From positions 104,856 through 168,855 of the forward strand of contig CAYSUL010000001.1 of the NCBI GenBank assembly GCA_964434255.1: 64,000 nt of DNA. The letters run 5' to 3'. Positions 39,332 through 49,610 of the stretch are shown one piece after another. Within the stretch, counting starts at the first letter, position 1; every line of letters begins with the position of its first letter. This DNA comes from an uncultured Candidatus Saccharibacteria bacterium (lineage in GTDB: Bacteria; Patescibacteriota; Minisyncoccia; Phycocordibacterales; Phycocordibacteraceae). The notes beneath the pieces are model-generated. The model searched no databases. It saw only the letters and a program-made list of their open reading frames with translations, and was not told the DNA's origin. A program made the position numbers and the translations under genes.

Positions 39332-39781
39332 TTAGTACGTGACCTTAAGGCCACGCTCCACGCGCCGTTGATCAGTCGTCAAACAGCTACTATATCCGGT
39401 CGCGTATATACCAGTAGCACCCGACGTATTCTTGGTTATCGTCACGCGCGCGTTCGAACCCGTTGGCGAGCAAGGAATAGTCATCGTGGAAGTGCGTACC
39501 GCTCCAGCAGTGCTTGCCGTAACAGCCACCGTCTGGTTATTGCATCTGATGCTCGTCGTCGCGACCGCGGTACTGAACGCATTGAACTGCTGATCGACAT
39601 ATAGCCCGCATTCGAGGGCGGAGTCGGCGTTATAGAATGCGACCTGAGAGTTACGCGCGGTCGAGGAAAGGATGACCTGCTTGTATGCGATGTCGACGAG
39701 CGCAAGACCGACCGCAACAAGCACGGAACTCAAGATGACCGCGATAAGGAGGGTGAAGCCGCGAGGAGAGATGGTCATCAT
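39332..39781 (-). CDS. PilX-like minor pilin
   Basis: RGFTLLIAVI (no Glu5); AFYNADSALEC. Confidence 0.75.
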   Translation of the reverse strand: MMTISPRGFTLLIAVILSSVLVAVGLALVDIAYKQVILSSTARNSQVAFYNADSALECGLYVDQQFNAFSTAVATTSIRCNNQTVAVTASTAGAVRTSTMTIPCSPTGSNARVTITKNTSGATGIYATGYSSCLTTDQRRVERGLKVTY

Positions 39782-40308
39782 AGCCAATTATAGAGATTAT
39801 CGGTGACCGTGACCGTAAATGGAGTATGCGCAGTATTGAAGGTAACCGTGACCGTGAGCTGCGTCTCGTTCGAGCTTATGGACGTGAGTTTCACTTTCCG
39901 GGTGAAGCGGGTGGCGGTAAAACTGCTACCCGTCTGCTGGGTATAGAGAGAGCCCGAGCTCACCGTCATGACGGGACAGGTAGCTCCGCACACAAGCACG
40001 TTCGTCGTGCCCGTTGGATCGACGACGCATCCATTAGTCGTGGTGCAGTTAGCGCTCCCGCCCGTACCATCGACACCGAAGAGCCATGAGCGCGGCGTAG
40101 TAGGATTCGCGAGGTTGTACAGATAGTTCCCGTCCCGTATGGCCCGTACGTACTCGATACCCTCTTCTGCCAGTGCCGTCGCTATTAATTGGTCGCGCGC
40201 CGCATACGAAGTCAGCAATCCCTGCTGGACCATCTGGAACGGCCCGAGCACCGCTATCACTATGATGGTGATAGCAACGAGGGTCTCGACGAGAGTAAAG
40301 CCTTTCAT
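39778..40308 (-). CDS. PilV-like minor pilin
   Basis: KGFTLVETLVAI; A.EGIE.VR.IRD. Confidence 0.8.
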   Translation of the reverse strand: MKGFTLVETLVAITIIVIAVLGPFQMVQQGLLTSYAARDQLIATALAEEGIEYVRAIRDGNYLYNLANPTTPRSWLFGVDGTGGSANCTTTNGCVVDPTGTTNVLVCGATCPVMTVSSGSLYTQQTGSSFTATRFTRKVKLTSISSNETQLTVTVTFNTAHTPFTVTVTDNLYNWL

Positions 40309-40309
40309 A

Positions 40310-40891
40310 TTACGGGATATCGAGCAGTCGCTGCGTACCGCTCGTCTGGATGACGAACGAGGCGGTCTTGCCCGCATCGGTCTCCATAGTACCGCGCACC
40401 GAAACAGTCACCTGAGGCTGTACGAGCGCGTTTGCGCCGGTAACTCCAACACCGCGCACATTGAAAGAAAGGCTCGTGATAGTTATGCGAGGATCCGTAA
40501 GCGGGATGGCGGTCGCGTCCGAGCAGGTAGTGACCGCGGACCCGCTGCACTGGCCGATGGTTCCGGTGCTGTTCAACCGATAGTGCATCGGCTGATCCTG
40601 GCTATCGCAGAATGTAAGTCGATTGAACGTACCGTTCGTGCCGCTACCCGCCGCGGCGCAGTTAACGGTCGTCGTGCCGCCCGTATAGTGCGTACCCGTG
40701 CGCACGTTACGCACCATACTCTCGATGCCGAACGAAAGGTTCGCAACGAGCTGATTGGTCGCCCGCGCCTCGCGGTCATGACTGATAAGCGCGAGATAGA
40801 GTCCCATCACGACGAGCATGACCATGCTGAAGAGCCCGATAGAGACGATGAGCTCGAGCAGCGTGTATCCGCGGGCAGGGGTACGCATCAT
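40310..40891 (-). CDS. PilW-like minor pilin
   Basis: RGYTLLELIVSI prepilin motif. Confidence 0.8.
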   Translation of the reverse strand: MMRTPARGYTLLELIVSIGLFSMVMLVVMGLYLALISHDREARATNQLVANLSFGIESMVRNVRTGTHYTGGTTTVNCAAAGSGTNGTFNRLTFCDSQDQPMHYRLNSTGTIGQCSGSAVTTCSDATAIPLTDPRITITSLSFNVRGVGVTGANALVQPQVTVSVRGTMETDAGKTASFVIQTSGTQRLLDIP

Positions 40892-41601
40892 AGGCAATCG
40901 GTGACAGCGACCTGACCTACTTTCGAGACGACGACGCAACGCTCAGCGGCACCGTCCGGCGAGCGCAGGTATATCTTCGCATCAGTGAGCGAATGCAGCG
41001 TTGTTCCGCCTGTCGTCCTCCCGAAGATGATGGTATCGGTCGACGGTCGCATGAACGTTATATGCATCGTCTCAAAATCACCGGTAGTGGAGCAGAGTAG
41101 CGCCCCGCCGATCGCGTGGCCACAGAACTTATATATGTTGAATCCCCTGTTGAGCGAATAGGTGCGGACGAGCTCGGCAGGAGTGGCCGACGGGTCATAG
41201 ATGCAATCGCCCGGATGGGCTTCAGGTGAGGTTGCTGACAATTGAGTATGGCCAGGACACAGTCCAGATTGCGTGCTGCCAGGCGAAGCGGGCGAAGTAT
41301 CGGCGAATAAAATATACGACGTAGGAGTGAGACTCGAGAACCGCACGCCATACCCCGCCCCGTATACGCTACCCGAGATACGGCTCGAAAGACCGAGTGT
41401 CTGCGCTTCGCGCACGGAAAACGCGATGGTATACGTCGTATCGGTGAGAAGAAGCGAGCGATTGAAGGTGCTCTGCCCCATCACGGCGATAAGCGTGACG
41501 ACCACGATTATGGAAAGGACGACGAGCATCTCGACCAAGGAGAAGCCGCGACTCGCAGATGGATGTACTTTCGTATCTCTTAGAAAAGGAATGGGTTCCA
41601 T
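40888..41601 (-). CDS. FimT/GspH-like minor pilin
   Basis: RGFSLVEMLVV prepilin motif. Confidence 0.8.
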   Translation of the reverse strand: MEPIPFLRDTKVHPSASRGFSLVEMLVVLSIIVVVTLIAVMGQSTFNRSLLLTDTTYTIAFSVREAQTLGLSSRISGSVYGAGYGVRFSSLTPTSYILFADTSPASPGSTQSGLCPGHTQLSATSPEAHPGDCIYDPSATPAELVRTYSLNRGFNIYKFCGHAIGGALLCSTTGDFETMHITFMRPSTDTIIFGRTTGGTTLHSLTDAKIYLRSPDGAAERCVVVSKVGQVAVTDCL

Positions 41602-42329
41602 TGAGTGAAGAATGCGAGCAGGAAGCCGGCGGCCAGGAACGGCACGAACGGCACCTCAATACCTATTCTATGCCCCCTCGGCGTAGCTACCAATATAGCA
41701 ATGCCGCACAACGCCCCTATCCAGAACGAGAAGATGAGGCCAGGGAACGCCGCCGCGAACCCCACAAGGAGCGCGAGACCGAGCGCGACCGGGCTATCCC
41801 CGAGCCCCATCAACCGCCCGCGCGAGAGCGCATAGAAGACGAAGAAGGCAGCACCGATGATGCCGGCAAAGAGAAGGGTGAGCCCGAAGTCCCTTAGATC
41901 GAACGAGTTCAGATAGCTCGTGATAACGGCCAGGGCGACGAAGAGCGATGACGCTACGGGCGGCACCACCGTATGCCGCATATCGTAGAGGACGATGAAC
42001 GCGAGGACGCAGAGCGCTCCGAGGAACGGGATAAGTACGAGGGTGAGCCCGAATGTAAGGTAGGAGAGAGCGAAGAGTATCCCGAGCGCGGCTTCCGTAA
42101 CCACATAGCTTATAGGAAGCCTGACCCCGCAGTATCCGCACCGCCCATAGGTCGCGAGCCAGGAAGCGACAGGAACGAGGTCGAGGAATCCGAGCTGAGT
42201 GCTGCATGAATTGCAGCGGGAGCGATCGCTCGCCCATCGCTCGCCCGTATAGAGGCGCTCGGCGAGCACGCCGATGAAGCTCGCGAGTATGGCGCCGAGA
42301 ACTCCGAACGCGAAGGCGAGAAGCGTCAT
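41580..42329 (-). CDS. pilD: Prepilin peptidase
   Basis: RSRCNSC, GRCGYC, YD, MGLGD, PFVPFL motifs. Confidence 0.92.
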   Translation of the reverse strand: MTLLAFAFGVLGAILASFIGVLAERLYTGERWASDRSRCNSCSTQLGFLDLVPVASWLATYGRCGYCGVRLPISYVVTEAALGILFALSYLTFGLTLVLIPFLGALCVLAFIVLYDMRHTVVPPVASSLFVALAVITSYLNSFDLRDFGLTLLFAGIIGAAFFVFYALSRGRLMGLGDSPVALGLALLVGFAAAFPGLIFSFWIGALCGIAILVATPRGHRIGIEVPFVPFLAAGFLLAFFTQWNPFLF

Positions 42330-42352
42330 GCGTTCAGTATAACCTCACGAGA

Positions 42353-42823
42353 CTACTGGCAATCAAGGTCCGCACTCGACTGCAGGAGTGCGACCGACGA
42401 AGTCGCAACACCTCCAACACTATCGACGCAGTAGAATCCGCCCGTCTTGAGCGCGGCTTCCGCTGCCCACAATGCGTCGTCCGAATTGCATGAGGACTGC
42501 AACTCGGTCGTCGGGCCCGTCCCTATCGCGTTCCCTCCCCCCGCAAGCGTCGCGCCCCACACGAGCGTATAGATGCTCTTCACTTCAGCGCCCGCATTAT
42601 CGATGCACACATTCGCGAAGCTCTTGTTGTTCGCATCATGGTACAGCTCCGCCTGCGCACGGATACCGCTCAAGTTCGACCTGACCGCGGCATCCTGACC
42701 CTTATCGCGCGCGACACGTATGGAAGTGAGCACCACCGACGAGAGGATGCCGATGATAGCGATCACGACGAGGAGCTCGATGAGGGTGAAACCCTTCCGA
42801 GCGGAAGATGTTACAGGATGCAT
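42353..42823 (-). CDS. Type IV pilin
   Basis: KGFTLIELLVVIAIIGILSSVVL; YCVDS C-terminal motif. Confidence 0.9.
   Translation of the reverse strand: MHPVTSSARKGFTLIELLVVIAIIGILSSVVLTSIRVARDKGQDAAVRSNLSGIRAQAELYHDANNKSFANVCIDNAGAEVKSIYTLVWGATLAGGGNAIGTGPTTELQSSCNSDDALWAAEAALKTGGFYCVDSVGGVATSSVALLQSSADLDCQ
42728..42793. repeat. 66-bp perfect direct repeat, copy 1 (pilin N-terminal helix)
   Basis: Identical to 43330-43395. Confidence 0.9.
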
Positions 42824-42876
42824 GCGACGAAGGTGATTGGTATGAGCGTAAGTATAACGTGCGCATGAGAGGTAAA

Positions 42877-42906
42877 AACAAAGAGCCCCGTTCGGGGCTC
42901 TTTGTT
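42877..42906. terminator. Terminator between the two pilin genes
   Basis: AACAAAGAGCCCC-GTTC-GGGGCTCTTTGTT. Confidence 0.75.
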
Positions 42907-42924
42907 CATCCTATATACGTAGGA

Positions 42925-43437
42925 CTAGTAGGTGGCGTCAGTGTCGCAGTTCGCGTCTGAGACAATGGAAGGACCAGGGTTGGTGCTGCTTGCGAAGCCT
43001 GTGGAGTCAACGCAGTAGATTTCAGTCGTGGTCGTCTTGAGGGCGACCATAGCTGCCCAACGCTCTGAGTTCGCGTAGCAAGAGGTTGCAAGCGTTGCAG
43101 AGCTACCAGAAGCACTGAGAGCCGCATTCACGCTATCGCCGATGACGTTCGAGCCAGTTGCGGCGCAGACGCCCGTACCGCCAGTACCAGTCATGGTAGG
43201 GGCCGTAACGGTCGTTGAATAACGGTTATTGTTGCTGTCGTAGAAGATTTCCGCCTCAGCGCGAGCTGAAGAGAGGTTCGATTTGACCGCCGCGTCCGCA
43301 CCCTTATTGCGCGCGGTGTTGAGCGATGCGAGCACCACCGACGAGAGGATGCCGATGATAGCGATCACGACGAGGAGCTCGATGAGGGTGAAACCTCGAA
43401 GATGTCCTTGTCGGATGCCTGAAGGTGCAAGATTCAT
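42925..43437 (-). CDS. Type IV pilin (probable major pilin)
   Basis: RGFTLIELLVVIAIIGILSSVVLASLN; YCVDSTG; own terminator. Confidence 0.9.
   Translation of the reverse strand: MNLAPSGIRQGHLRGFTLIELLVVIAIIGILSSVVLASLNTARNKGADAAVKSNLSSARAEAEIFYDSNNNRYSTTVTAPTMTGTGGTGVCAATGSNVIGDSVNAALSASGSSATLATSCYANSERWAAMVALKTTTTEIYCVDSTGFASSTNPGPSIVSDANCDTDATY
43330..43395. repeat. 66-bp perfect direct repeat, copy 2
   Basis: Identical to 42728-42793. Confidence 0.9.
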
Positions 43438-43560
43438 AATTATGAAGTGATGGTTACGCGGTTACGAGTAAAAATATCCGCTTGCTTCTATTGTACGAGA
43501 TGATATCTCGCTTGTTTTGATGCGTGTGGATAAGGGTCATCCGCAGCGGAACGAAACTGG

Positions 43561-44766
43561 CTAGATCGAACCGGCGAGATTGTAGATAGGAACGAGCACC
43601 GACGCGAGCAGGACGCCCACACCAAGGCCAAGAAGCACGATCATCATCGGCTCGATGAGGTCGACGAGCGTGTCGACGGCGTTGCTCACCTCACGACGAT
43701 AGAACTTTGCGAGCGTCGTGAGAATGTTGCCGAGCTCTCCTGTCTCCTCGCCCACCTTCACCATGGCACTCATGATTCCTGGTATCTCCGGGTGGCGCGA
43801 GAGCGCGTCCGATATGGGTGCGCCGCCCTTCACCTGGTCACCCACGTCTTTGAGTACCGCTTCGTAGCGCGCGTTACCCACCACCGATGCGGTTATCTCC
43901 ACCGACTCCACCACCGGCACACCCGACATGAGCATCGTTGCGAAGTTGTCCGCGATGCGGGAGAGGTAGAGCTTCTCGTAGAGGTCACCGATGTATGGGA
44001 CTTCGAGCTTCAGATCATCGAAGAAGAGACGGCCGGGCGGGGTCTGGCCCCAACGGTACGCGAAGACGCCGCCGACGACGAGCGCCACGAGGAAGAAGAA
44101 CCCGTAATTCACGAGGAACATGGAAAGCCCGATGACTATCTGCGTGTAGAGCGGTACTTCCTGACCCGAGTCTATGAGTATCTGGCTCACCTTCGGAATG
44201 ACCATGGTGAGCATGAGCGCCATCACCACGAAGAACACCGTTATCACGAACGCCGGATAGATGAGCGCGTTCTGCGCCTTGCTCGCGACTTCATAGGTGC
44301 GATCGAGATAGTCGGCGAGGTACCCGAACGTCTCGGAAAGCTTTCCGGACTCTTCGCCCGAGCGCACCATGTTCACATAGAAGGTGGTGAACACCTTTGG
44401 GTGGCGCGCCATCGCCTTGCTGATGGGGCTTCCTCCCTGCAGGTCGTCAGCCACCTGCGTGAGTATCTCAGAGAGGTGGCGGTTATCGACCTCGGCCGCG
44501 AGCAGGCGGAACACGCGGAGCGCGGAGACCTGCGCTTCGAACAAAGTCGCTATCTGCCGCGACAGTATGACGATGTCTTTGTTCGAAACGCTCTTAAGGA
44601 AGCTGAGCTCCACCTTGAGCGGTCCCTTCTTCCCCATCGGTTCTATCGAAGAGACGATGAGATTGCGGCGCTGGAGCGTCGACACCGCGACGTCCATGGA
44701 CAAGGCCTCGATAGTCCCCTGACGCTCATGCCCATCGGTATCGAGTGCTCGGTATGAAAAAAGCAT
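43561..44766 (-). CDS. pilC: Type IV pilus platform protein PilC (GspF family)
   Basis: GEESGKL, ALIYP, VGEETGEL, LIEP motifs. Confidence 0.93.
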   Translation of the reverse strand: MLFSYRALDTDGHERQGTIEALSMDVAVSTLQRRNLIVSSIEPMGKKGPLKVELSFLKSVSNKDIVILSRQIATLFEAQVSALRVFRLLAAEVDNRHLSEILTQVADDLQGGSPISKAMARHPKVFTTFYVNMVRSGEESGKLSETFGYLADYLDRTYEVASKAQNALIYPAFVITVFFVVMALMLTMVIPKVSQILIDSGQEVPLYTQIVIGLSMFLVNYGFFFLVALVVGGVFAYRWGQTPPGRLFFDDLKLEVPYIGDLYEKLYLSRIADNFATMLMSGVPVVESVEITASVVGNARYEAVLKDVGDQVKGGAPISDALSRHPEIPGIMSAMVKVGEETGELGNILTTLAKFYRREVSNAVDTLVDLIEPMMIVLLGLGVGVLLASVLVPIYNLAGSI

Positions 44767-44769
44767 AGG

Positions 44770-45831
44770 TTAGAGGTATCGCTCGAAGGTCTTGGGGTCC
44801 ATCGCGCGTTCGTACGCATGCTCGATGGTGACTTCTCCCTTGCGTACGAGCTCGGCGAGCGAGCGGTCCATGTCTATCATCCCCTCCTGGCTCGACGTCT
44901 GCACAACCGTCGATATCTCGTGGGTGCGGCCTTCGCGGATGAGGTTCGCAACCGCGCTGTTGTTGATGAGAAGTTCGTACGCCGGGACCTGACCACCCGA
45001 TATGCGCGGCACGAGACGCTGCGAGAATATACCGGCGAGGGAACCCGCGAGCTGCACGCGCACCTGCGCCTGCTGGTTCGGCGGGAACATGTCGATAATG
45101 CGGTCAATGGTCTGCGCCGCGTTATTAGTATGAAGCGTCGACAGCACGAGGTGACCCGTCTCAGCCGCGGTGACGGCTGCGGAAATGGTCTCGTAGTTAC
45201 GCATCTCTCCCACCATGATGACGTTCACGTCCTCGCGGAATGCCGAGTTGAGCGCGGCCGCGAAGTCAGGCGTATCGATATGCACCTCGCGCTGATGGAT
45301 GAGCGACTTCTTCTGCTCGAAGAGGTACTCGACCGGATCCTCGATGGTGACGATGTGCTCGGCACGCGTCTCGTTGATGCGGTCGATGATAGCGGCGAGC
45401 GTCGTCGACTTACCCTGCCCTACCGGCCCTACCACGAGGAAGAAGCCCTGCTGCTTCTGGCTGAATACTTCGAGCACCGAAGGGAGATTGAGATCCGTGA
45501 ACGTACGTATCTCCTTCGGGATGAGACGCATCGCGATAACGACCGCGCCCTGCACCACATATCCATTCACGCGGAAGCGATTGCCATCCGTATGCGCGAG
45601 CGAGAAGTCGACGGCCTGCTCGGCCTCGAACTTCGGCCACATGTTCTGCGGGGCCACCGATTTCAGCATTTCCTTCGTCTCATCAGGCGTAAGCACCGCT
45701 TCCTGCACGAGCGGCACGAGCGCGCCCGATACACGGATGATAGGAGGAGAGCCGACCGATATATGGAGGTCGGAGCCACCTTCGCGTACGACCGTATCAA
45801 GGAGCGTTTGTATACGATTCATCGAGGTCAT
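44770..45831 (-). CDS. pilT: Retraction ATPase PilT
   Basis: SDLH, GPVGQGKSTT, IEDPVE, GEMR, AAETGHLVLSTLHT, ANLIRE. Confidence 0.93.
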   Translation of the reverse strand: MTSMNRIQTLLDTVVREGGSDLHISVGSPPIIRVSGALVPLVQEAVLTPDETKEMLKSVAPQNMWPKFEAEQAVDFSLAHTDGNRFRVNGYVVQGAVVIAMRLIPKEIRTFTDLNLPSVLEVFSQKQQGFFLVVGPVGQGKSTTLAAIIDRINETRAEHIVTIEDPVEYLFEQKKSLIHQREVHIDTPDFAAALNSAFREDVNVIMVGEMRNYETISAAVTAAETGHLVLSTLHTNNAAQTIDRIIDMFPPNQQAQVRVQLAGSLAGIFSQRLVPRISGGQVPAYELLINNSAVANLIREGRTHEISTVVQTSSQEGMIDMDRSLAELVRKGEVTIEHAYERAMDPKTFERYL

Positions 45832-46214
45832 GCAGGCTGAGTTTCTATTATCTTTATGGTTTCGGTGAATACTTCGGACGGAATGGCGGAAGCCTTGATG
45901 ATGTATCCATCTGCCTTAAGCTCCTTCGCACGATTGAGATCGGCGTCCTGTCCCTGGTTCGAGAGGATGATGACCTTCATGCCAGGCGCAAGATTCTCCT
46001 TACGGATGACATCGAGTATGTCGAATCCGCTCATTCCCGGCATCACGACGTCGAGAAGGAGCGCGTTCGGTGCCGGCTGCTCACGGAGCGCAGCGAGGAG
46101 CTCCTCGCCCTTTGAGAATGCCGTCACTTCATGGCCCGCAGCCTTGAATTTGACGGCGTACATATCGAGCAGGAAACGATCATCATCTACGAGATAGAGG
46201 CGATAGGTGTTCAT
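45828..46214 (-). CDS. Single-domain response regulator
   Basis: VDDD, LLDVVMPGMSG, SN, YIIKA. Confidence 0.9.
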   Translation of the reverse strand: MNTYRLYLVDDDRFLLDMYAVKFKAAGHEVTAFSKGEELLAALREQPAPNALLLDVVMPGMSGFDILDVIRKENLAPGMKVIILSNQGQDADLNRAKELKADGYIIKASAIPSEVFTETIKIIETQPA

Positions 46215-47977
46215 ACGACTGGTTCAGGGAGGGTATCTTCAGGTTCGTCGACTGCGAAATACGTGCCGCCCAAGGTATTGACTTCCTCGAACGGTATCTC
46301 GCCAGCGAGTGCCTTCATGATAGCATCCTCGCGCATCGTATACATGCCTTTTGCACGCGCTGCCGCGAACACTTTCTCCTCCTGCGGCTGGGCGAGCACC
46401 ACCTGCTCGAGCTCCTTATCCATCTCGAGGAATTCAAAGACAGCGAGGCGTCCGCGGGTGCCGTTCGGGCAGTCAGGCGTCGCCTGGGCATGGTAGATAT
46501 TCTCGAATTTAGGGAGATTCACCTTCGCGTGCTCCGGCAGGTCCTCGAACTCCTTCTCGAGCAGCACGCGGATGGAGTCGGAGACCGGCACCGCCTGTCC
46601 GGCACCCGGACACAGCTTACGCACGAGGCGTTGGCCAACGGCGGCGATGAGGGTCGGTGCGATGAGGTACGGGTCGACGCCCATGTCGATGAGGCGCGGA
46701 ATGACACCGGCGGCGGTGTTCGTGTGGATGGTCGAGAAGACGAGGTGACCGGTGAGCGCGGCCTGTATGGCGAGCTGCGCCGTTTCCTTGTCGCGGATCT
46801 CTCCCACCATGATGACGTCAGGGTCCTGACGCAGGATGGAACGGAGTCCCGACGCGAACGTGTAGCCTATTTCAGGACGGACCTGCGACTGCGCGACGCC
46901 CGGTATCTCATACTCGACCGGATCCTCCACCGACACCACGTTCGAGGCCTCCCTATCGAGAGCCGAAAGCATAGCGAACAGAGTCGTCGACTTACCCGAA
47001 CCGGTCGGTCCCGCGACGAGGATGATGCCGTACGGCTTGCGGATGATGTCCTTCACGCGCGCGAGATCCGACGGGGAAAGACCGAGATCCTCAAGCGATG
47101 CGATGGATTTCGCGCGATCGAGGATACGCATCACCACCTTCTCTCCGTCAGGCGTCGGGAATGTCGAGACACGGAAGTCTATCCTTCGCCCTTCCACGGT
47201 CGCCGAGAAGCGTCCATCCTGCGGCTTACGCTTCTCATCGAGACGCATCTGCGAAAGTATCTTGATACGCGCGACGACCGCAGGGTGCACCTTCGTCGGG
47301 AGCTCGAGCGAGGTGTGGAGCTCGCCGTCCATACGGAAGCGTACACGGGTCTTCTCGTCGGTCGGCTCGATGTGGATATCGGATGCGCCGCCCTCCACCG
47401 CGTACCGGAGGATGGTCGCCACGATCTTGGTGACCGGCGCGTCCGCTTTTATCGCCTGTTCCTCGACGATGCCCGTGTCGTCCTCCTTATCCTGCTGCAT
47501 ATCTATCTCGAGCGTGCCCTCGTATTCAGTCAACGCCTCGCCCACTTCGCCCGTGAGATTCTCGTATTCCTTTATGACGCGGGCGAAATCAGTCTCGCTG
47601 ATGAGCGAGAGCTTGTATGGCATGCCAACGCGCGACGATATGAACTGCAGCGCATCGAGCGCTTCGAGATTATCCGGATCGACGATACCGACCTCGAGCG
47701 CAGCGTCGGCAATTGCGAGCGGGACGAATCGGTAGTGGCGCGCGGATTCTTCCGGGATGAACTCGAGCGCCTCGTGCGCTATCTCCTGCGACGGAAGTAT
47801 CTTGTACGGCATGTCGTACCGTTCGCTCTTCGCTTTCAGCATCTGCTCGACCGTGATGCCGCGCTTCTCGAGCAGCGTCTCGATGGAGGTCGCAGAACCC
47901 TTGGCTTCCGCAGTAATAGCAGCCGCGTCCTCCTGTTTAAGGAGTCCGGTGTCTACGAGAAGCGAGAGCGTATTCAT
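46211..47977 (-). CDS. pilB: Assembly ATPase PilB (GspE family)
   Basis: ASDIHIEP, PQDGRF, GPTGSGKST, LRQDPD, LTGHLVFSTIHTN. Confidence 0.95.
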   Translation of the reverse strand: MNTLSLLVDTGLLKQEDAAAITAEAKGSATSIETLLEKRGITVEQMLKAKSERYDMPYKILPSQEIAHEALEFIPEESARHYRFVPLAIADAALEVGIVDPDNLEALDALQFISSRVGMPYKLSLISETDFARVIKEYENLTGEVGEALTEYEGTLEIDMQQDKEDDTGIVEEQAIKADAPVTKIVATILRYAVEGGASDIHIEPTDEKTRVRFRMDGELHTSLELPTKVHPAVVARIKILSQMRLDEKRKPQDGRFSATVEGRRIDFRVSTFPTPDGEKVVMRILDRAKSIASLEDLGLSPSDLARVKDIIRKPYGIILVAGPTGSGKSTTLFAMLSALDREASNVVSVEDPVEYEIPGVAQSQVRPEIGYTFASGLRSILRQDPDVIMVGEIRDKETAQLAIQAALTGHLVFSTIHTNTAAGVIPRLIDMGVDPYLIAPTLIAAVGQRLVRKLCPGAGQAVPVSDSIRVLLEKEFEDLPEHAKVNLPKFENIYHAQATPDCPNGTRGRLAVFEFLEMDKELEQVVLAQPQEEKVFAAARAKGMYTMREDAIMKALAGEIPFEEVNTLGGTYFAVDEPEDTLPEPVV

Positions 47978-48059
47978 ATATTAAGCCTGCGAACGATGCA
48001 TGCGTCCATGATAGCGCACGAACGCGTTGCATTCGTGCATAAGATTGTAGCGGCTGTGG

Positions 48060-48368
48060 TTAGCGACCGAGCGGCGCGAACGGATCGTTGCGTCCTGGCA
48101 CCTCAGGCGTGATGGCGGTATGGATATCGATGAGCGCGAGGAAACGCGGGTCGCTGAAGATGCTCGTATCGAAGACGATGGAGTCGAGCTCGCCTGCGAG
48201 CGTCACAAAGTTCGCTTCGCTTGCGGTAGCAGCACCTCCGGTTACCGACACGGTGCTGTCGGACTCATCGTTCTTCATGAGCGTGTACCCAACCGCAAGC
48301 GCGATGATAACAGCGAGCGCGACCAGGACTGCTACGGTTCGCGAGATATGGAAAGAGTTCGGGTTCAT
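48060..48368 (-). CDS. Small pilus-cluster membrane protein
   Basis: TM helix; C-terminal GRNDPFAP (PilP-like RDPF motif). Confidence 0.6.
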   Translation of the reverse strand: MNPNSFHISRTVAVLVALAVIIALAVGYTLMKNDESDSTVSVTGGAATASEANFVTLAGELDSIVFDTSIFSDPRFLALIDIHTAITPEVPGRNDPFAPLGR

Positions 48369-48375
48369 ATGATAG

Positions 48376-48930
48376 TTAGCGGAGCCAGTAGAGGCGGAAC
48401 GTCATGTTGTAGGTATAGACCCCCGTCTCGGTGGTCTGCACATCGAGCGCGATGAGATCGAGCGGACGCAGGCTCACCTCGACATTATCGAGGAAGGTAC
48501 GGAAGGCGGCGTAGGTGCCCTTGCCGCTCATCGTGAGCTCGATGGAATCGACCGGATGATCGCTCGGCGTTATGACCCCGTCCGCCGCATCGTTAGCAGC
48601 ATCAACGGCAACCTCGGTCGTGTCGAAATTGCCAAGCTGGATGCCCGAGCGCGTCGCGAGCGCGTCGAGGTCGAGGATGAGCTGCACGTTATCGACGCCG
48701 TCTGGAAGGAACGCTTCGAGGCGCGCGAGCGACTCCGGAGGTATGTTGCTACGCTCCTGGGAGAGCTGTGCTTCCTTCTGCCTGAAACGATCGGCGGCTG
48801 CGAGCGCACTGTCGTAGTCCTGTATCTGCTGCTTCGCTACCGCTATGGGGCCCGTAAGCGTCGGATTGATATACCCGAAGAAGAGGCCGATTGCGAGGAG
48901 GATGCCGATGACGGGGATGAGACGTGACAT
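48376..48930 (-). CDS. pilO: PilO-like alignment protein
   Basis: TM, coiled coil, LP..VD, GTY..F..FL..VE.SLR; position in cluster. Confidence 0.75.
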   Translation of the reverse strand: MSRLIPVIGILLAIGLFFGYINPTLTGPIAVAKQQIQDYDSALAAADRFRQKEAQLSQERSNIPPESLARLEAFLPDGVDNVQLILDLDALATRSGIQLGNFDTTEVAVDAANDAADGVITPSDHPVDSIELTMSGKGTYAAFRTFLDNVEVSLRPLDLIALDVQTTETGVYTYNMTFRLYWLR

Positions 48931-48934
48931 AGAG

Positions 48935-49558
48935 TTATGGTTGCGTAGGCAGGGCTTCGGCCGGAGGCGCGACTGGCGCTACCGGGCCTCTCCATATAAG
49001 TACTGATGGGTCGATCTCAGCGGATAGCGTGAAATCGATCAACCCCTTCTCCTGGGTCGTGATTCCCGAGAAGATAGCCCGCTTTATGCGCTTCTCGGCC
49101 GCGAATGCGGACGATTGCGCAGCGAGCGCATTGAAATTACGGGCGCTTCCGGTCATCTCCAAGGTTGCGGTCCTATCCTCCTTCACCGCAACCTTGAGCG
49201 AATCGAACATTACGCTCTGGAGCGTAAGCGTTTCGAGCACATCGAAGTACTGCGAGAGCGCGACATGCTGGTCGAGGAGCATGCCGGTTGAAGAGAATCG
49301 GTTACGGAGCCGGAGGAATTCCTCGACCGTCGCACGACTGATGCTCGCTTCCGCATCACGCAGCTCTTCCGCCTTAGCATCACGTGAGGACTCGAGGAAT
49401 TTCAGGTAGCCAAATATGCCGGCTGAAGCCAGGAGCGCGAGCCCCGCGACTATCATCGCGACGACCATGAACACGTTCACGCCGGAACGAGCACGGCGCG
49501 TGGTCGCGACGGGCTGCTTCGGCACGAACGAGGTAGGTACGGTAGGAGGTAGTGCCAC
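48935..49558 (-). CDS. pilN: PilN-like alignment protein
   Basis: TSFVPK N-terminal motif, TM, coiled coil; follows pilM. Confidence 0.7.
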   Translation of the reverse strand: MALPPTVPTSFVPKQPVATTRRARSGVNVFMVVAMIVAGLALLASAGIFGYLKFLESSRDAKAEELRDAEASISRATVEEFLRLRNRFSSTGMLLDQHVALSQYFDVLETLTLQSVMFDSLKVAVKEDRTATLEMTGSARNFNALAAQSSAFAAEKRIKRAIFSGITTQEKGLIDFTLSAEIDPSVLIWRGPVAPVAPPAEALPTQP

Positions 49559-49610
49559 GATGTTCAGTATACGCGGTCAAATAATGGAATGTATGCCTTT
49601 ATACACACCG

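Noticed and set aside
43525-43533. Single DnaA-box-like TGTGGATAA
   Set aside because: Isolated box with no cluster or dnaA nearby; not evidence for oriC.
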